Of a stretch of DNA of 64,000 nt, positions 59,117 to 64,000 are shown in pieces. The notes beneath the pieces were generated by a model that was not told the DNA's origin, searched no databases, and was given only the letters and a program-made list of their open reading frames with translations. The first letter of the stretch is position 1. Each line of letters begins with the position of its first letter. The stretch comes from Octopus vulgaris (taxonomy: Eukaryota). The translations under genes were made by a program, and so were the position numbers. The stretch lies in contig OX597828.1 of the NCBI GenBank assembly GCA_951406725.2, forward strand, positions 78,244,001-78,308,000, in the 5' to 3' direction.

Positions 59117-59208
59117 AGTGAAACCAAGTAGCAACACCAAATGGCGGTGCCCCAGCATGGCCACAGCTCATAAGCTGAAACTAGAATCAATCAATCAATC
59201 AATCAATC

Positions 59209-60633
<1,425 letters not shown>

Positions 60634-61065
60634 TCTCTTATTATAAAAGGCAGATTTTATCTGCCTCCCTTTGGGAGTTATACAAATCTACAATATAGGA
60701 TTTCTTCAATTACAATTTACCTAGCAATTTTAAGAGTACAATGCATCGCGTCATGCCAGCTCCAGTTTTTAATATTTAAACTCCAATTAAGCAAAATTTA
60801 CAGAAAACTCACATTCTGGTGTGTGTGTCAAATGCTTTTCTTAGTCTGGTTTACAGCACACGCAAACGCACACACACACTGTGTAACGAATAAAATGAAA
60901 CTAGATGTAATATTTGTTACTGTCCATGAACGCTGATAGATACATGAGTAAAATGTATGGGAAGCTAACAAATAAGAGTGAGTGAAAATGTTCTTGGAAG
61001 AGAGTAAATTTGAAGCTTGAGAACAATCAGATACATTTGCAACACATCTGTTGAAAATATTATTA
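60634..61065 (+). mobile_element. Possible Helitron-like 5' fragment
   Basis: Starts A|TCTCTTATTATAAAAG, similar to the 61828 element, with hairpin aggcaga..tctgcct. No 3' hairpin or CTAG found. Confidence 0.3.
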
Positions 61066-61244
61066 TTCACACACATACATATACATATATACATACAGAC
61101 AGACAGACAGATAGACACACACACACACACACACACATGATCCAGCATGGCCACAACCTCAAGGCTAAAACATATAAAAGAATAACAGAATATAAATGTG
61201 TGCATGTGTGTGAGAGAGAGAGTGTGTTTGTATATGTATGTATG

Positions 61245-61812
61245 TACTAAAAGTCAGAGGGGAATGGGATAAACTACTTATATTAACTTGCTATAAAAGC
61301 AGGTAGTAATTTTATCTTGTCCTTATTCATAGTGCAAGTTCTGAAGAGTGCATTTCGATTTTAACAGCTATTTTTTCAAAGCTATGTTGGAAGTAACAAA
61401 GGAGCATATTTGGCATATTTTGCTTTATGAGTTCAATAAAGACAACAACGCAACGGAAAGTACAAGAAATATTAATGCAGTATATGGGGATTGGACAATA
61501 AGCGTAAGGCAGTGTCAATGGTGGTTCCAGAAATTCCGAGCCATAAACTACAGCCTAGAAGACGAGCCTCATCCTGAAAGATCTGTAGAACTCGACAAGG
61601 ACATCCTGAAAACCCTGGTGGAACAAAATCTCATCGTAACTGTTGAGGAACTAGCAGAGAAGCTTGGATTTGGTCATTCAACCATTCATTGAGACCTGTG
61701 TGCTATCGGAAAAGTCAGCAAATTGGGTCAATGGGTTCCTCACGAACTTTCCGAGTCTAATTGCATGCAGAGAGTGAATGTATGCTTTTCTTTGCTGTCA
61801 CATCTCACCACT
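61245..61812 (+). pseudogene. Mariner transposase N-terminal fragment
   Basis: ILLYEF...INAVYG...CQWWFQKFR...SLEDEP...TVEELAEKLG...STIH*...KLGQWVPHEL: HTH motifs and the WVPHEL signature, with an in-frame stop. Confidence 0.9.
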
Positions 61813-61827
61813 ACTGCGCTATGTATA

Positions 61828-62464
61828 TCTATATATATAAAACTGTAGTTGTGTGAGTGTCTGTCCCCTTCGATTTAGATTCCTAACTACTCCCACATTT
61901 TGCGGTGCAGTTTAACCAAATTCGAATAGCTTATAGTCGTGATTCATATCGAGCCCGTCTGAGTATTAGCGCGCGTCTACGATGAGTCTACGATTTTAAA
62001 AATAATTTAACATCATTTTTTATTCCATTTTAATGCATAATTTTTCGTGTGTCGATGGCGGTGGAGTTGGCGTCCACGCTCACACCTGCACCTGTGGGGA
62101 AGGGAGTGTAAGGAAATCAACGTCGTAATGCGTTGTCAAGGAGACCAGCGTTCTTTTAGAACAACGACTTCATGGCTTGAAGACACCAAAACAGAAATGG
62201 CTAAGAAAGCGTCTACATGAGTCTACGATTTAAAAAAAAATTTACCATCGTTTTTTTTCCATTTTAATGCATTTTTTCGCTATTATATAAGGGAAGTAAC
62301 TCTCTAAAAATGTCTACGATGAGTCAACGATTTAAAAAAAAATTTACCATCATATTTTTTCCATTTTTAATGCATTTTTTGCTATTTTTTGGCTATAACT
62401 CTCTAAAAATGCTTATATAGTTATTTCCCTTACAAACCCGAGCAACGCCGGGCGATACTGCTAG
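61828..62464 (+). mobile_element. Non-autonomous Helitron
   Basis: A|TC 5' end, subterminal hairpin CCCGAGCAACGCCGGG (62437-62452), CTAG|T 3' end. Three internal direct repeats (gtctacgatgagtc.acgattt). Confidence 0.85.
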
Positions 62465-63590
<1,126 letters not shown>

Positions 63591-64000
63591 AACGGACAAA
63601 GGTTGCAAATCGTCTCAACCAACATCCCAAAAGTAGCGACACGTCCCGCCTAAAAACAACACTGAGGGAGATCGAAAAAAGTCTGCAACAATCCTATGTG
63701 AGGGAGAAAGCAGACAAAGAAGCCTGGGTTATAAAAAACATCAAATCAAACCCAAAGGCCTTCTTTCATTACGTGAAAGAAGAGTCTCAGTTCACTACAA
63801 GATAGAACCCCTCCTCCAAAAGGATGGCTCCCTCACAGACAGTCCAACTAAGATCAGTGAGATACCGAATGACCAGTTCAAAAGTGTCTTTACCACCCCG
63901 TTGGAACACAGACAAGTGAACGAACCAGTGGACTTCTTTGCTGCCTCACCTATAACCAGCGAGGCGGTTACAATAGAATGTATTGACATTAGGGAAAAAG
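63591..64000 (+). mobile_element. Decayed CR1-clade LINE (A/C-related), 5'-truncated, running off the window
   Basis: Aligns by eye to 57110-57510 (aaagcagacaaagaagcctggg...aacatcaaatcaaaccc...aaaaggatggc). TA at the 5' junction. Confidence 0.85.

Overview
AT-rich, microsatellite-dense animal genomic DNA. The SINE, RTE and microsatellite landscape suggests an octopus or other coleoid cephalopod (inference). Positions 1.1-14.5 kb hold the last five coding exons of an NDR-family kinase gene (STK38/tricornered) on the + strand, with introns full of tRNA-SINEs, RTE-LINE 3' fragments and a Tc1/mariner-derived MITE. From about 24 kb onward the window is a cluster of very long (TA)n arrays carrying at least 11 insertions of CR1-clade (APE+RT) LINEs from 3-4 families, in both orientations and nearly all flanked by (TA)n on both sides. 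One family-A copy appears full length (53557-59209). Its ORF1 has an N-terminal Myb/SANT (trihelix-like) domain plus a CCCH finger, and the Myb-like domain is also conserved in the divergent family B. The element also has a 17-unit tandem 5' UTR, a candidate -1 frameshift signal and a covarying two-hairpin 3' end. Three TA-flanked fold-back elements carry Penelope-type minimal hammerhead ribozyme motifs, and the RTE 3' UTR carries a variable array of predicted H-type pseudoknots. A mariner fragment and a non-autonomous Helitron lie near the right end. The long YIYI-type ORFs in the ORF track are microsatellite artefacts. Repeat boundaries were read by eye and are approximate.
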